Assembly (NCBI GenBank): GCA_963817955.1
Contig: CAWFQK010000002.1
Location: forward strand, 480,001-544,000
Origin: an uncultured Gemmatimonadaceae bacterium
GTDB lineage: Bacteria > Gemmatimonadota > Gemmatimonadetes > Gemmatimonadales > Gemmatimonadaceae
Direction: 5' to 3'
Length of the DNA stretch: 64,000 nt
Under the pieces are notes generated by a model. The model worked only from the letters and a program-made list of their open reading frames with translations. It made no database searches and was not told the DNA's origin. Positions within the stretch are counted from its first letter, which is position 1. Each line of letters starts with the position of its first letter. Positions 18,261 through 28,895 of the stretch are shown here, piece by piece. The translations under genes and the position numbers were made by a program.

Positions 18261-19160
18261 TTACAGGTTCGCTCCACGACCCGTCACCGCCCGCAGCGAG
18301 TTCCACCGGGCGTTCACATTCTCCTGCACCTGCTGGATATCCGCATCGCTCATGTGGCGGAAGCGACCCTGCCGGCGCAGATAGCTCTCGACGGGCACAC
18401 CCTCGTGCTCCACCGTGAACCGCCACGTACCGGACTCCACTTCGAGCAACGGGAACACGCGTGTCTGCACGGCTAGGCGCGCGAGATCGATGCTGTCCTC
18501 GTCGGGGAACTTCCAGCCTGGGGGACAGGGCGCCAGAATGTGCAGAAAGCGCGTGCCCTGTATGGCCTTTGCCTTGCGCACTTTCTCCAGGAGATCGACC
18601 GGGTACGCCATCGATGCCGTGGCCGCGTACGGAATGCCGTGCGCCGCCATGATGGCGAGGATGTCTTTCTTGTTGGTGGCCTGCGGCTGCGACGTCGGCG
18701 TCGTGGTGGTCCACGCGCCCCACGGCGTAGCCGAGGACCGCTGGATGCCCGTGTTCATGTACGCTTCGTTGTCGTAGCAGACGTACAGGAAATTCTCATT
18801 ACGCTCGGCAGCGCCCGACAGCGCCTGCAATCCAATGTCGAAGGTGCCGCCGTCGCCCGCCCAGACCATGACGGTGGTCTCCGTCTCGCCGCGCATGTCG
18901 AGCGCTGCACGAACGCCAGACGCCACGGCCGCACCAGTCTCGAAGGCCGTGTGGTAGAGCGGCACGCGCAGTGACGACTGCGGAAACGGACCGGCAATGA
19001 TGCTCCAGCAACACGCCGGGAGCACGACGATCGTCTTGTCCCCGAGCTCCTTCAAGACCATGCGCATGGCCAGCGCGCCGCCGCACCCCGGACAGGCCAG
19101 ATGTCCGGACGTCATCAGCTCCCGCCCGGCAACGCGATCCTTGATGAGAACCTGGCTCAT
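18261..19160 (-). CDS. porB: 2-oxoacid:acceptor oxidoreductase beta subunit (TPP-binding, PorB/VorB-like)
   Basis: GHLACPGCG; AGDGGTFDIGLQALSG; YDNEAYMNTGIQRS; PCPPGW. Start overlaps the alpha stop. Confidence 0.92.
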   Translation of the reverse strand: MSQVLIKDRVAGRELMTSGHLACPGCGGALAMRMVLKELGDKTIVVLPACCWSIIAGPFPQSSLRVPLYHTAFETGAAVASGVRAALDMRGETETTVMVWAGDGGTFDIGLQALSGAAERNENFLYVCYDNEAYMNTGIQRSSATPWGAWTTTTPTSQPQATNKKDILAIMAAHGIPYAATASMAYPVDLLEKVRKAKAIQGTRFLHILAPCPPGWKFPDEDSIDLARLAVQTRVFPLLEVESGTWRFTVEHEGVPVESYLRRQGRFRHMSDADIQQVQENVNARWNSLRAVTGRGANL

Positions 19161-20317
19161 GCTTTCACTCCCACCCAGAGGTCGGCGCGTTCCGGCGCAT
19201 CGGCGGCGCCGGTGCGCTCGAGGATCTGCTCGATGGTCTCGGGGGTCACATCGCGACCTCCCAAGCCGAGGACGTACCCGTAGACCTGCGGGCGGTTTTC
19301 CGAAGGCACATTGCACAGGGCCGCGCGAAGTTCCTGCGCGAAAATACCGCCCACTCCCGGCGAGAGATTCCGGTCCAGCACCGCGACGCGTTCGGCGCCA
19401 CTGAGTGCGGCGCACAGCTCGGCGCCTGGAAAGGGACGGAACGCTTTCACCTTGACCAGCCCCACCGATTCGCCGCGATCTCGCGCGGCGTCGACTACAT
19501 CGCGGGCCGTTGACGTGATCGTGCCCGACGTCACGAGAATGAGCTTCGCGTCGCTCGCGCGATAGGACTCGATGGCACCATAGCGCCGGCCGAATACCGC
19601 ATGGAACTCGTCCTCGACGCGCTTGAATTCCGCCAACGAGTTCAGCATGGCGTCCTGCAAGTGCCAGCGCATCTCGAGGAAGTCGTCCGGCCGCACCAGC
19701 GCACCAAAGGCGCGCGGCTCGTTCACGTCCAGGCGATAACGCGGCTGCCGCGGAGGCAAGAAGCGGTCGACCATGTCCGCGCTGGGAATGTCGACCGGCT
19801 CGGACGTGTGCGACAGATAGAATGCGTCGAGCAGGACCATCACCGGCAGCTCAACGAGCTCCGCCAGCCGGAACGCCATCAGCGTGGTGTCGAGCACTTC
19901 CTGGTTCGTCTCGCAGTAGAGCTGAATCCACCCGGTGTCCCGCTGCGACAAGCTGTCGGTCTGGTCCGCCCAGATGTTCCAGCCAGGCCCGAGGGAACGA
20001 TTGACGTTCGCCATCACGATCGGATGGCGCGCCGCCGCCGCCCAGTGCAGCATCTCGTGCATGAGCGCCAGACCCTGCGACGACGACGCGGTGAACGCAC
20101 GTGCTCCGGCTGCCGATGCGCCGACGCAGGCCGCCATGGCGGAGTGCTCCGACTCCACCTTGATGAACCGCGCTTTCAATGCACCGCTGGCGCACATCTC
20201 GGAGAGTTCCTCCACGATCTGCGTCTGCGGCGTGATGGGATAGGCCGAGATCACCTCGGTGCGCGCCAACTGCACCGCCCAGGAGACCGCGTGGTTGCCG
20301 ATGATGACTTTTCTCAT
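19157..20317 (-). CDS. porA: 2-oxoacid:acceptor oxidoreductase alpha subunit
   Basis: GNHAV; AYPITPQT; VESEHSA; TASSSQGLALMHE; FRPFP; LGLGGRD. Confidence 0.93.
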   Translation of the reverse strand: MRKVIIGNHAVSWAVQLARTEVISAYPITPQTQIVEELSEMCASGALKARFIKVESEHSAMAACVGASAAGARAFTASSSQGLALMHEMLHWAAAARHPIVMANVNRSLGPGWNIWADQTDSLSQRDTGWIQLYCETNQEVLDTTLMAFRLAELVELPVMVLLDAFYLSHTSEPVDIPSADMVDRFLPPRQPRYRLDVNEPRAFGALVRPDDFLEMRWHLQDAMLNSLAEFKRVEDEFHAVFGRRYGAIESYRASDAKLILVTSGTITSTARDVVDAARDRGESVGLVKVKAFRPFPGAELCAALSGAERVAVLDRNLSPGVGGIFAQELRAALCNVPSENRPQVYGYVLGLGGRDVTPETIEQILERTGAADAPERADLWVGVKA

Positions 20318-22073
20318 ACTCCGCCCTCTCTCACCATCGTGATGGCGCCGCGGGGACACTCCTGCACGCACACGCCGCAGCCCTTGCAGTAATCGAGATT
20401 GATGTCGAATCGTTGTCCGTTGCCGCCGCGCGTGATGGCGACATCGGAGCAGTAGATCATGCACAGCTCGCATTCGGTGCAGACGCCGCATTGCAGACAG
20501 CGGCCGGCTTCCATCAGCGCGTCATCCGACGCCAAACCGAGATTCACTTCCGCGAATTGGTCGGCGCGGCTGCTCATGGCCGTTGCCATGTGGCCGTCCG
20601 CATGGCGCGGGACGCGTGCGAAATCGCTGAGGTTCAACTCCTCGAACGGCACGACCGTGTTCCGTGGCGACACACGTTTACGGGATCGTCACCGCGCCAC
20701 CGGGTGATGCTTGGCACACCACGCTCGCCAGCACGCAAGGTCTCGACGGCGACGTCGTTCGACTCACCGCGACTCTGGCTGAAGTAGCGATCGATGCCGA
20801 TCGCGGCCCGCTTTCCCGCGCCCAGGGCACGGGCGACGGTCCGCTGTTCACCCGTCACATCACCGCCGCTGAAGACCGCGGTGTCACCGGTCGCGCCCCA
20901 CGCGTCTGTCCTGAGCGACCCATCTTCACCGAGCACCAGCGGGAATCCGTCGAGGGCGACGTCTTCGCCGATCGCCAGCAGCACCGTGTCCGCAGCCATC
21001 CGCTTGGGCTTTTCGCCTGTGGGCACCGGGCGCCGTCGTCCGCTTGCATCTGGTTCGCCCAACTCCATTGGCGTACAGACCACCGACAGGCGGCCGTTCT
21101 TCATCTCGAATGCCGACGGTGCCGCCAGGAAGATGAACTTCACACCCTCATGCATGGCGTCGGCCACTTCATCGGCGATCGCCGGCATTTCTTCGCGGGT
21201 GCGGCGATACAGAACCACTACAGTGGTTCCCTTTCCGCCGAGCCGCAGCGCTGTGCGCGCACAATCCATTGCCGTGTTGCCGCCGCCAATGACGACGACC
21301 TGGCTCCCGGTGGCCGGAGTTTCTCCGTTGTTGGCGGCGCGCAGGAAATCGAGTCCCTGTCGCACACCAGCCAACTGCTCACCAGGAACGCCCATCTTGC
21401 GGCCGCGCTGCGCTCCGACGCCCACGAACACCGCATCATGCGATGCCGCGAGCGTGGGCCACGTGGGCCACGTGCCGACCTCCGCGTTACAATGGAATGA
21501 AACGCCGAGGGATTCGAGTCGCTCGATCTCACGATCCAACACTTCGCGAGGAAGACGATACGTGGGGATTCCCTGCCGCAGCATGCCGCCCGGCTGAGCG
21601 CCATGCTCGAACACGTCGACGCCGTAGCCAAGGCGCACCAGATGATAGGCGCATGCCAGTCCTGCCGGGCCACTTCCTACGACTGCGACGTTCTCGGAAT
21701 GGCTCCGTTCGGCGCGAGCCGGCAGCGGCGCCGCCAGGATGCGGTCGCCGAGCATGCGCTCGACGGAATGGATCGCGACAGCGCCGTCGTAGCTGCTGCG
21801 ATTGCAGCGGCTCTCGCACGGGTGATCGCAGACGCGGCCGGTGACGGCGGGAATCGGATGCTCGCGGAGGAGCAGGTCACAGGCGTCGTCTATCCGGCCG
21901 TCACGCAGCAGCGACATGTAGCCTTCAATGTCGACGCCCACCGGGCACCCTTCCACGCAGGGCGCCACGCGATCGTGATACTCGGGGTGGAGGTACTTCC
22001 AGGAACCGGTGTGATTGACCTCGGTCGTCCGGTCACTCACCGACATGGGCGGAGTGTTCGGCCGCTCAGACAT
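20314..22073 (-). CDS. GltD-like FAD/NAD(P) oxidoreductase fused to a C-terminal 2[4Fe-4S] PorD-like domain; one frameshift near 20678
   Basis: TGSW...P; PCVEGCP; GRVCDHPCESRC; GSGPAG; GGGNTAMD. After the shift: EAGRCLQCGVCTECELC...C and DYCKGCGVCVQECPRGAI. One extra A in the minus-strand GTAAAC joins the two frames. Confidence 0.85.
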
Positions 22074-22644
22074 GCAGCACCTCTCGATTGCCGGCAATTC
22101 GCACCGACTCCGCCGCAGCGCGCGCAGCGCGCACGTTCGCCTCGCGGTAGAGCGGCACTTCATCCATGATGGCGTCGCAGACCGCATCCAGATCCACGAG
22201 ATCGGCCAATCCCGCGACTGCGCCGAGAATGGCGGTGTTCACGATCGGCTGCGTGCGCGAGCCGAGGCCGTGACTGGCCGCGATCGCGTTGGCGTCCACG
22301 GTCGCAACGCGAAACCGCTCCAGGAGTTTGCCATATGTCTCCGGAGCGGCGGGCGAGTTGATGAGGATCCGGCCACCAGGCTTGAGGCCGGCCGTCACGT
22401 CGATCACGAGCATGAGCGTTGGATCGAGTACGACCACCTCGTCGGGGCGTGTCACCTCGCAGCGTACCCGAATGGGGTTGCTCGAGGCGCGCAGGAAAGC
22501 GGCGACAGGCGCGCCTCGGCGTTCGACGCCGAATGCGGGGAAGGATTGGACCCAAAGACCTTTGCGGAACAGCGCGGCAGCCAGCACTTTCGAGGCGATG
22601 ACAGCCCCCTGGCCGCCGCGCCCGTGAAAGCGCAGCTCATGCAT
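22066..22644 (-). CDS. porC: 2-oxoacid:acceptor oxidoreductase gamma subunit
   Basis: ELRFHGRGGQGAV; FPAFGVERRGAPV; NTAILGA. Confidence 0.93.
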   Translation of the reverse strand: MHELRFHGRGGQGAVIASKVLAAALFRKGLWVQSFPAFGVERRGAPVAAFLRASSNPIRVRCEVTRPDEVVVLDPTLMLVIDVTAGLKPGGRILINSPAAPETYGKLLERFRVATVDANAIAASHGLGSRTQPIVNTAILGAVAGLADLVDLDAVCDAIMDEVPLYREANVRAARAAAESVRIAGNREVLHV

Positions 22645-23040
22645 GAGATTCTCCCCGGTTTGTCGGGCAATCAGGCGTCATCGGTACCAAGGCACGGGAG
22701 CAATGCTCACAATCGCAGTCAGGGTCGGGACATGGGACCCCGTCCCCCTGCGACTCAGCGCAACGCGCGCCGAAGGAGTTCGGTTCGCGCTTGGCGAGCA
22801 GCCGGCATAGGCGCTCGCCGTTGTCTGGGAGCAGCATTGCTTCCCCCCGTGGAACGAGTGGATGCTACAGTATTATTCGGTGATTCGGGTGTTCGTCAGG
22901 TGAGTCAATGGCACGGAATAGCAGACTATACCAATGTGGCTGCTAGCGGCCAACCAGGGAATCCCCGACGGGCGGTAATCAGGCGTGCGAATCTCGATGC
23001 GTCCCAATCGTTCGACTCGCCGACACGCTGGAATCACCAT

Positions 23041-24990
23041 CTAAGACACCTCGGCAAGCGGCCGCGAGCCGACGCCAGCGCGCCCAACGGGCCGGCCAGT
23101 GAGTCGTGTCATCGCCCGGTAGACTGCGTCGCGTAACGCTTTCTCGCGCGGGTCTTCCTCCAGATAGAAGTCCATCTTGTTCATCACGTAGGCATAGCCC
23201 AGGCATGCGTCGGGATCGGCGAATGCGAACGAACCGCCCGCGCCGGGTGCGCCGAAGGCGCGTGAGCTCGACCCGAATACGACACCAGGCCCCGGGCGCA
23301 GGAATCCGAGCGAGAAGTAGCTCGGCACACCCAGCACCAAGTCTTTGGGACGCGTAGCCGGGAGCGGACCGGTGACACGGGCGAAAGTCACGGGTGTGAT
23401 ACCGAACTCGCCGCCGCCTTCGGCAAATGCGGAATACGCGCGCGCGATCGCACGCGCGGTGCCAACGCCGTTGCCCCCGGGCAGCTCCACCTCGAATGAC
23501 CGCCGGTCGTTCATGTCCAGGTCCGGCAGGAGCATCGACCGGCGAAGCAGCGAACCAGGCTGCAGCATCTTCGTCGTCACCCGGACACCAGGGGTCGTGA
23601 ACAACGCCTGCAGCGCACGCCGCCTGGACAGGGTCACGAGGGTCGCGATACGGTCGTCGGGAATCCCGCGCGACAGTCCGATATAGAACTCCAGGCCCAG
23701 GGGAACGGCGATCTCCTCGTGAAAGAAGCGACCGATGCTCCGATGCGCGGGATCCACTCGGCGTATAATTTCTTGCATATACAAACCGAGTGTCATCGTG
23801 TGATAGCCGTGACGCGTGCCTGGCGGCCACGCCGGCTTCTGCCGCGCCAGCACGCGGGCCACGCTGTCGAGGTCGCGCAACTTCTCGAGCGTCAGCTTCT
23901 CATCGAGCAGAACCAGCCCGGCCTCGTGCCCGAGGAGTTGGCGAATGGTGATCGCGTCTTTGCCATTCTGTGCGAACTCGGGCCAGTAGCGCGCGACCGG
24001 CGCATCGTAGTCCAGCCAGTTGCGCGCGTTTGCCAACGCCAGCGTCATCGCCGCGAGGCCCTTGGTGGTGGACATGACGGCAACCATCGTGTCCTCCTTC
24101 CACAGGGCGTCACCTGCAGGCGTGCGTCGGCCACCCCACAGATCGACCACCTTTTCGCCGTGCCAGTATGCAGCGACGGCCGCGCCGATCTCGCCTCGTT
24201 CGGCAAAATTGCGCTCGAACTCGGCGCGTACCTCCTCGAAACCGGGAGCGACGAGTCCTTCTATGTGAAGAGGCGCCGCCACCAGCACGGCACCGCCGGC
24301 GCCTCGGTGCAACGGACGCCGCAGGAGCGCCATGGCCAAGACCGACGCCCAGGCCAGGGATGCGTAAATGCTGATGCGCTCGAGAATCCCCAATCCCGGC
24401 GTTGGCTGGCCTGCGGCCAGTCGAGCGCGGTACGGGGCGACGATCGCACCGAACACGATCATGATCACGAGTGTGCCGAACGAATAGAGACGGAATCGCT
24501 TACCGAGTGCGACTCCCCCGAATCCAATCGCGAGCAGCGTGAGCAACACGAGCACCATCGTGAGAATGATGTGCGGCGCATCGCTATCAAGGCTGCCACT
24601 CCCGCGCTGATGCATCTCGTACAGCGTGGGACCCGCGAAGCCGAGCGCTGCGTACGCGATCAGCAGCGCTCCGGTGGTTTCCAAGGCGCGACTGCGACTC
24701 GCTCCCTCGCGAAACACGCCCACACCAAAGGCCAACGCGAGCGCACCATATAGGATGAACAGCGGATCGACAAAGCCCTCCGACGGAGCGCCGATCGCCA
24801 TCAGTTCGCTGATGGCCTGTGAGGTGAAGCTGTACCCCTCATATCGCATTCCCCCGAGCACGTCAGTCGCGACGTACACCAGCGCAGCGAGCAGGCCGCA
24901 GACGAGCAGGGCTCTGCGCACCATGCTTCCCTGGCCCTGCTGGATGTCCGGCTGGACCTGATCGTGTCGGATCGCGATTGTCGACATCAC
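23041..24990 (-). CDS. DUF998-like membrane domain fused to a beta-lactamase-family serine hydrolase
   Basis: N-terminus GYSFTSQAISEL...H...GILERI with TM helices; C-terminus GAAVAAY..GEKVVDLWGG, SxxK (STTK), LLGHEAG, HGYH, FADPD...AYVMN. Confidence 0.8.
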   Translation of the reverse strand: MMSTIAIRHDQVQPDIQQGQGSMVRRALLVCGLLAALVYVATDVLGGMRYEGYSFTSQAISELMAIGAPSEGFVDPLFILYGALALAFGVGVFREGASRSRALETTGALLIAYAALGFAGPTLYEMHQRGSGSLDSDAPHIILTMVLVLLTLLAIGFGGVALGKRFRLYSFGTLVIMIVFGAIVAPYRARLAAGQPTPGLGILERISIYASLAWASVLAMALLRRPLHRGAGGAVLVAAPLHIEGLVAPGFEEVRAEFERNFAERGEIGAAVAAYWHGEKVVDLWGGRRTPAGDALWKEDTMVAVMSTTKGLAAMTLALANARNWLDYDAPVARYWPEFAQNGKDAITIRQLLGHEAGLVLLDEKLTLEKLRDLDSVARVLARQKPAWPPGTRHGYHTMTLGLYMQEIIRRVDPAHRSIGRFFHEEIAVPLGLEFYIGLSRGIPDDRIATLVTLSRRRALQALFTTPGVRVTTKMLQPGSLLRRSMLLPDLDMNDRRSFEVELPGGNGVGTARAIARAYSAFAEGGGEFGITPVTFARVTGPLPATRPKDLVLGVPSYFSLGFLRPGPGVVFGSSSRAFGAPGAGGSFAFADPDACLGYAYVMNKMDFYLEEDPREKALRDAVYRAMTRLTGRPVGRAGVGSRPLAEVS

Positions 24991-25073
24991 GCCTCCCAGT
25001 GCCGATCGCGCTCATCGCGCGAGCTGGCATCAAGATCGTCGGCGTGCACCTACCGGTGGTCGGGAGAAGGCAG

Positions 25074-26879
25074 TTATCGAGTAGGGGAGACGCTTGGCGT
25101 GACCATCGCCGTCGCGGGCGTCGCGCGTGCCTCACTGAGCAGGTCGACGGCCGTGTGATAGAGATCCGCCCGCAGCGCCGACCGCTCTTGCACGTGCGCG
25201 AGATACCGGACCGTGATCTCCATGCCGCCCACGATCGGTTTGATGTTGGTCGCCGGCGCGGCGGCGAGGGCGCTCACCCGCGCCGAGCGTGTTCGGCCGG
25301 TCCACTCTCGCTCGGCCCTGCCGGCGCTCCCGGCGGTCGCAGCCTCCACATGCTGCTGCAGCGCACGGGCGATCGGATACGGATCGCGGCCGTCGGGCAC
25401 GACGATCTGCACCTCGTCCCACAGCCACTGGCCAGACGTCGAGAAGTTGAAGTAGTGTCCTTCAATTGCAAAGCTGTTCGTGAACGTCACGCGGCGGCCG
25501 GTGAGATGTCCGGAATCGCTCCAGTGCCCGGTCTCGAGCAGCACGGTATGGAAGATCCCGATCTCCACGACCTCGCCAGTCACCCCATTGATCTCGACGA
25601 GGTCGCCAATGCCGATGCCGTCCTTGCCGAGCAGCACGAACCAGCCGAGGAAGCCAATGATGAAATCCTTCAACGCCACGGTGAGGCCGGCGCCGGCCAG
25701 GCCGAGCATCGTGCCGACGTTCCCCGGCGCGCCGAAGACGACGAGCAGCACCAGCAGCACGCCGACCACCTGCAGCGTCACGCGCACCACGATGCACAAC
25801 GTCTGCGTCCGCCGCTGGTCCGTCGACGTGGTGCGCAGCAAATGCTCGATCCAGCGGTCGACGAGCAGGGCGAGTAGGGCGATGAGCAGGATGATGCCAA
25901 TGCCGCGCAACGCCTGATTGAGCATGGTGCGCTGTTGTCCCCGCACCACGCTCATCCACAGCCCGTAGACATTGGCGAGACCCCGTTGATTCTCGGCGTG
26001 CTGGTCGAGTCGCGCCTGGGCCTTTTGCTCGGCGGCGCGGCGTCTGGTGGCGCGCAGCAATGCATCGGATGAATCGTGACTCAGCCCCGCGGTAGTCGCG
26101 GGCGCGGAGTCATCCGGCGCCACCGGCTGTTGCTCGATCGCACCGTGTTGCTTCGCAAAGACGACGCTCGCTGATTCCGCGGCCGCTTTCGCGTTCCGTA
26201 ACTGCGTCTCTTTTTGCTGCAACGACGACCATGCTTGCAGTTGTCGAACCAGTCCAGGCGGCGTGGTAGGCGGAGTGATGGCAATGCGCGTGCTGTCGGC
26301 GCCCTTCGACGAGGCTTCGTGCTCGTCCATGAGCGCCTGCATGCGGCCCTGCGGATCGCCGCCGGCGCGCATCAGATCCTGCTTGGCGTCGTCGATTTCG
26401 TCCTGATCGAGCTCCAGGCGCGCCCTGATCAATGAGAGTCGGTCATCGAGCGTGGCCTTGTTGGCACCCGTCGCCGACCCAGCGGCGGCCGAGAGTTGCG
26501 CGACGCGTGCCTGGTCGGCAGCCAGACCATCCTGCGCCGTTTTCAGGCGCGCCTCCATGACCTGGACTTCCGGCGTTGTCTGCCGTTGCCTGGCGGCCGC
26601 GTGGACCGCGTCGGCGAACGCGAGATCCATCTCCTTGTCGCCGAGCCGGAGGGCCTCCTGAGCGAGCGCGGCTTCGTCGGCCGTGGTATGAAGGCGGACG
26701 AGCCGAAGCGCAGTATTCAGGGACTGTTGATCGACCGCCGACGTGCCGGCGACGATGGACGCCGATGCGGCGTTCGTGGCCGGAGACGCCACCGGGCGGC
26801 TCGTGGCGAACAGGCCGTATCCGACGACCGCCAGGAGCACGAGGAGGATGATGGCAACGGTAGTCTGCTTGGATCTCAT
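25074..26879 (-). CDS. MscS-family mechanosensitive channel with a long N-terminal coiled-coil region
   Basis: GLAGAGLTVALKDFII...IGDLVEINGVTGEVVEIGIFHT; N-terminal TM plus helical domain. Confidence 0.88.
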   Translation of the reverse strand: MRSKQTTVAIILLVLLAVVGYGLFATSRPVASPATNAASASIVAGTSAVDQQSLNTALRLVRLHTTADEAALAQEALRLGDKEMDLAFADAVHAAARQRQTTPEVQVMEARLKTAQDGLAADQARVAQLSAAAGSATGANKATLDDRLSLIRARLELDQDEIDDAKQDLMRAGGDPQGRMQALMDEHEASSKGADSTRIAITPPTTPPGLVRQLQAWSSLQQKETQLRNAKAAAESASVVFAKQHGAIEQQPVAPDDSAPATTAGLSHDSSDALLRATRRRAAEQKAQARLDQHAENQRGLANVYGLWMSVVRGQQRTMLNQALRGIGIILLIALLALLVDRWIEHLLRTTSTDQRRTQTLCIVVRVTLQVVGVLLVLLVVFGAPGNVGTMLGLAGAGLTVALKDFIIGFLGWFVLLGKDGIGIGDLVEINGVTGEVVEIGIFHTVLLETGHWSDSGHLTGRRVTFTNSFAIEGHYFNFSTSGQWLWDEVQIVVPDGRDPYPIARALQQHVEAATAGSAGRAEREWTGRTRSARVSALAAAPATNIKPIVGGMEITVRYLAHVQERSALRADLYHTAVDLLSEARATPATAMVTPSVSPTR

Positions 26880-26916
26880 GGCGTCGCGGTGGGGAGGTCT
26901 CGGGGCAGCGATAGCC

Positions 26917-27288
26917 CTACGCCGGCGCGCCCTGGGCGTCGGGTGCTTCTTCCGGCGCGAACACCTCGACGGCGAAAGAGAATGTACATTGCTCGCCCGG
27001 CGGAATGGCTCCGACACCCACGACCTGGCGATTCACCTCCTCGCCGCGATCATTTGTGATCGTGACCACAACCGCGTACTCCCACGCCTCCCCCACAGTC
27101 GGATGGCGAATGGAGCCTTCCACCCGAAGGGGAGAGAATGTGGGGACAGCGGCGCTCCCATCGGCACCTGCAGCGAATCGCAGGTGCTTTCGGCACGACG
27201 GACACACACTCGTGCTTTGCAGGATCACCGCCCGACAGTGCGGGCAGATACGTGTCGCGCCAGCCGGAGTCCTCCGGACGGTGCTCAC
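26917..27288 (-). CDS. Zinc-ribbon hypothetical protein
   Basis: CPHC-x10-CPSC; GTG start overlaps the bactofilin stop. Confidence 0.75.
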   Translation of the reverse strand: MSTVRRTPAGATRICPHCRAVILQSTSVCPSCRKHLRFAAGADGSAAVPTFSPLRVEGSIRHPTVGEAWEYAVVVTITNDRGEEVNRQVVGVGAIPPGEQCTFSFAVEVFAPEEAPDAQGAPA

Positions 27289-27788
27289 GAGGCTTGGCGA
27301 GTCCCCAGTGTGAGCCCGGACTTGGCAGGAAGCTCCTCACCCCAACCGAACTCGGCCCGCCCGCGCATCCGCGAGCCTGCGGCGACGGTCAGCGTTCCAG
27401 CCTTGAGATCGCCGTTGAGAACGCCCGTCGTCAGCAACTCGACGCTGGCAGCGCTCTCGATATTACCGTCGACCTCTCCGCCGATCGCCACCGATTTTGC
27501 GTGAACGCCGCCGGTGAGCTTGGCGCCGACATCGATTATCAAATTGCCCTCGATGTGGACATCGCCCTCGAACCGGCCCGCGAGCCGCACGTTTCCCGTT
27601 CCGTCGATCTTTCCCGTAATGGTGATGTCGGCCGCAATCACCGACTCCTTCGACTCGCGCGAGGGCGAGTGCCGAACGAGCGACGGCGCCATGTCCGCCA
27701 CGTACTCGGGCTCTGCCTTCAGTGCGATCCCCGGCGACGGCGGCGCCACGTCCTTGTTGGGGCTGGTCTGCTCCTTCCAGATGGCCAT
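27285..27788 (-). CDS. Bactofilin (polymer-forming cytoskeletal protein)
   Basis: SVIAADITITGKIDGTGNVRLAGRFEGDV...GEVDGNI...GDLKA beta-helix repeats. Confidence 0.92.
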   Translation of the reverse strand: MAIWKEQTSPNKDVAPPSPGIALKAEPEYVADMAPSLVRHSPSRESKESVIAADITITGKIDGTGNVRLAGRFEGDVHIEGNLIIDVGAKLTGGVHAKSVAIGGEVDGNIESAASVELLTTGVLNGDLKAGTLTVAAGSRMRGRAEFGWGEELPAKSGLTLGTRQAS

Positions 27789-27933
27789 GCGAACATCCTG
27801 TTAGAGGTCGTTGATGGATATCAACGGGTTGACGTCTCTGCTGTTACCCGCGTCACGAGTTTTTGGCGAATTGTCGCTGAGCGCCGGCTCAGCCCGGTGG
27901 CGCCAAGGAACCGGTTGTTAGCGGCTCAGGCGC

Positions 27934-28650
27934 TCACGAAGAGGCGAGCCGAGCGAGGTACGCGCGCACGCGCGAGGCGTTCGTCCCGAGATCACTCTTG
28001 CCGACCCGCGAAACCGAACGAACATCCACCCGGGCCCCAGCGCCCTCGGGGCGAATGCGCACAACGACGTCATCCTTGAAACCGAACCATGACGTCGTCG
28101 CCGTCGCCTCGATGCGGCCCGACGTCGAATCGGCGGCGTCTATGGTCCAGCCCATGGCGTTCGCTGCGGCGAGCGCTCGTGCGAACGCCTCGCCAGGCGC
28201 CAGGCTGAGCTCCAGGGGTCGAATATCCGGATAGGCCTTCTGCTGCATTGCGGCTACGCTGTCGCCCGCGTACGTCGACGGATTTGCCGCGTCCTTGCGA
28301 AGGGGAAGCGCCGCGACGAATTGTGGTGGATCACGCGGGTCGGTCGTGATGTCGTGAATCGGCGGAACCCGCCTGGCTCGTTGGAGAAACATCCATGGCA
28401 CCACGAATGCCGCGCCTCCCATCAACAGTGCCACCGACAGCACGGCGAGCGCGCCACCTCGAGGACGGCTCGCGCCGAGCGCGATCAGCGACAGGATGAC
28501 GGCCGCGATGCCCACGTACGCGGCGTAGCGCAGGAGCATGAGCCCGATCCGATAATTCCAGACGCCAAAGCGCGTCCCCGGTCCCGCGACGATGAGCATC
28601 AGAACCGCGACCAGCGCAACGAGCTCAGCGAACACGCGCACGGCTTTCAT
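27934..28650 (-). CDS. DUF1499 domain membrane protein
   Basis: PPIHDITTD; YPDIRPL; IEATATTSWFGFKDDVVVRI; VDVRSVSRVGKSDLGTN. Confidence 0.9.
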   Translation of the reverse strand: MKAVRVFAELVALVAVLMLIVAGPGTRFGVWNYRIGLMLLRYAAYVGIAAVILSLIALGASRPRGGALAVLSVALLMGGAAFVVPWMFLQRARRVPPIHDITTDPRDPPQFVAALPLRKDAANPSTYAGDSVAAMQQKAYPDIRPLELSLAPGEAFARALAAANAMGWTIDAADSTSGRIEATATTSWFGFKDDVVVRIRPEGAGARVDVRSVSRVGKSDLGTNASRVRAYLARLASS

Positions 28651-28895
28651 TCGGATCATTCCCTTGAAGCGTGCTCAGGGAGCACAGTGGCACCTCGCGC
28701 CCAGACGTCCGCCATGCGGGCAGAACGCGTACCGCGTCGCCAGCACGAGTAGGTGTGCCGGCACGATGTCTGTGCCGGCATGATTTCGGCAGGCCGGAAC
28801 CTCCCGCCGCGCGCGTGACTTGCCCAGTGAACCTGGTGCCCGCGCCGGAAGGCGCGACACCGATCCTCGAGATCGCCACAACGAGGTGAGCACTG

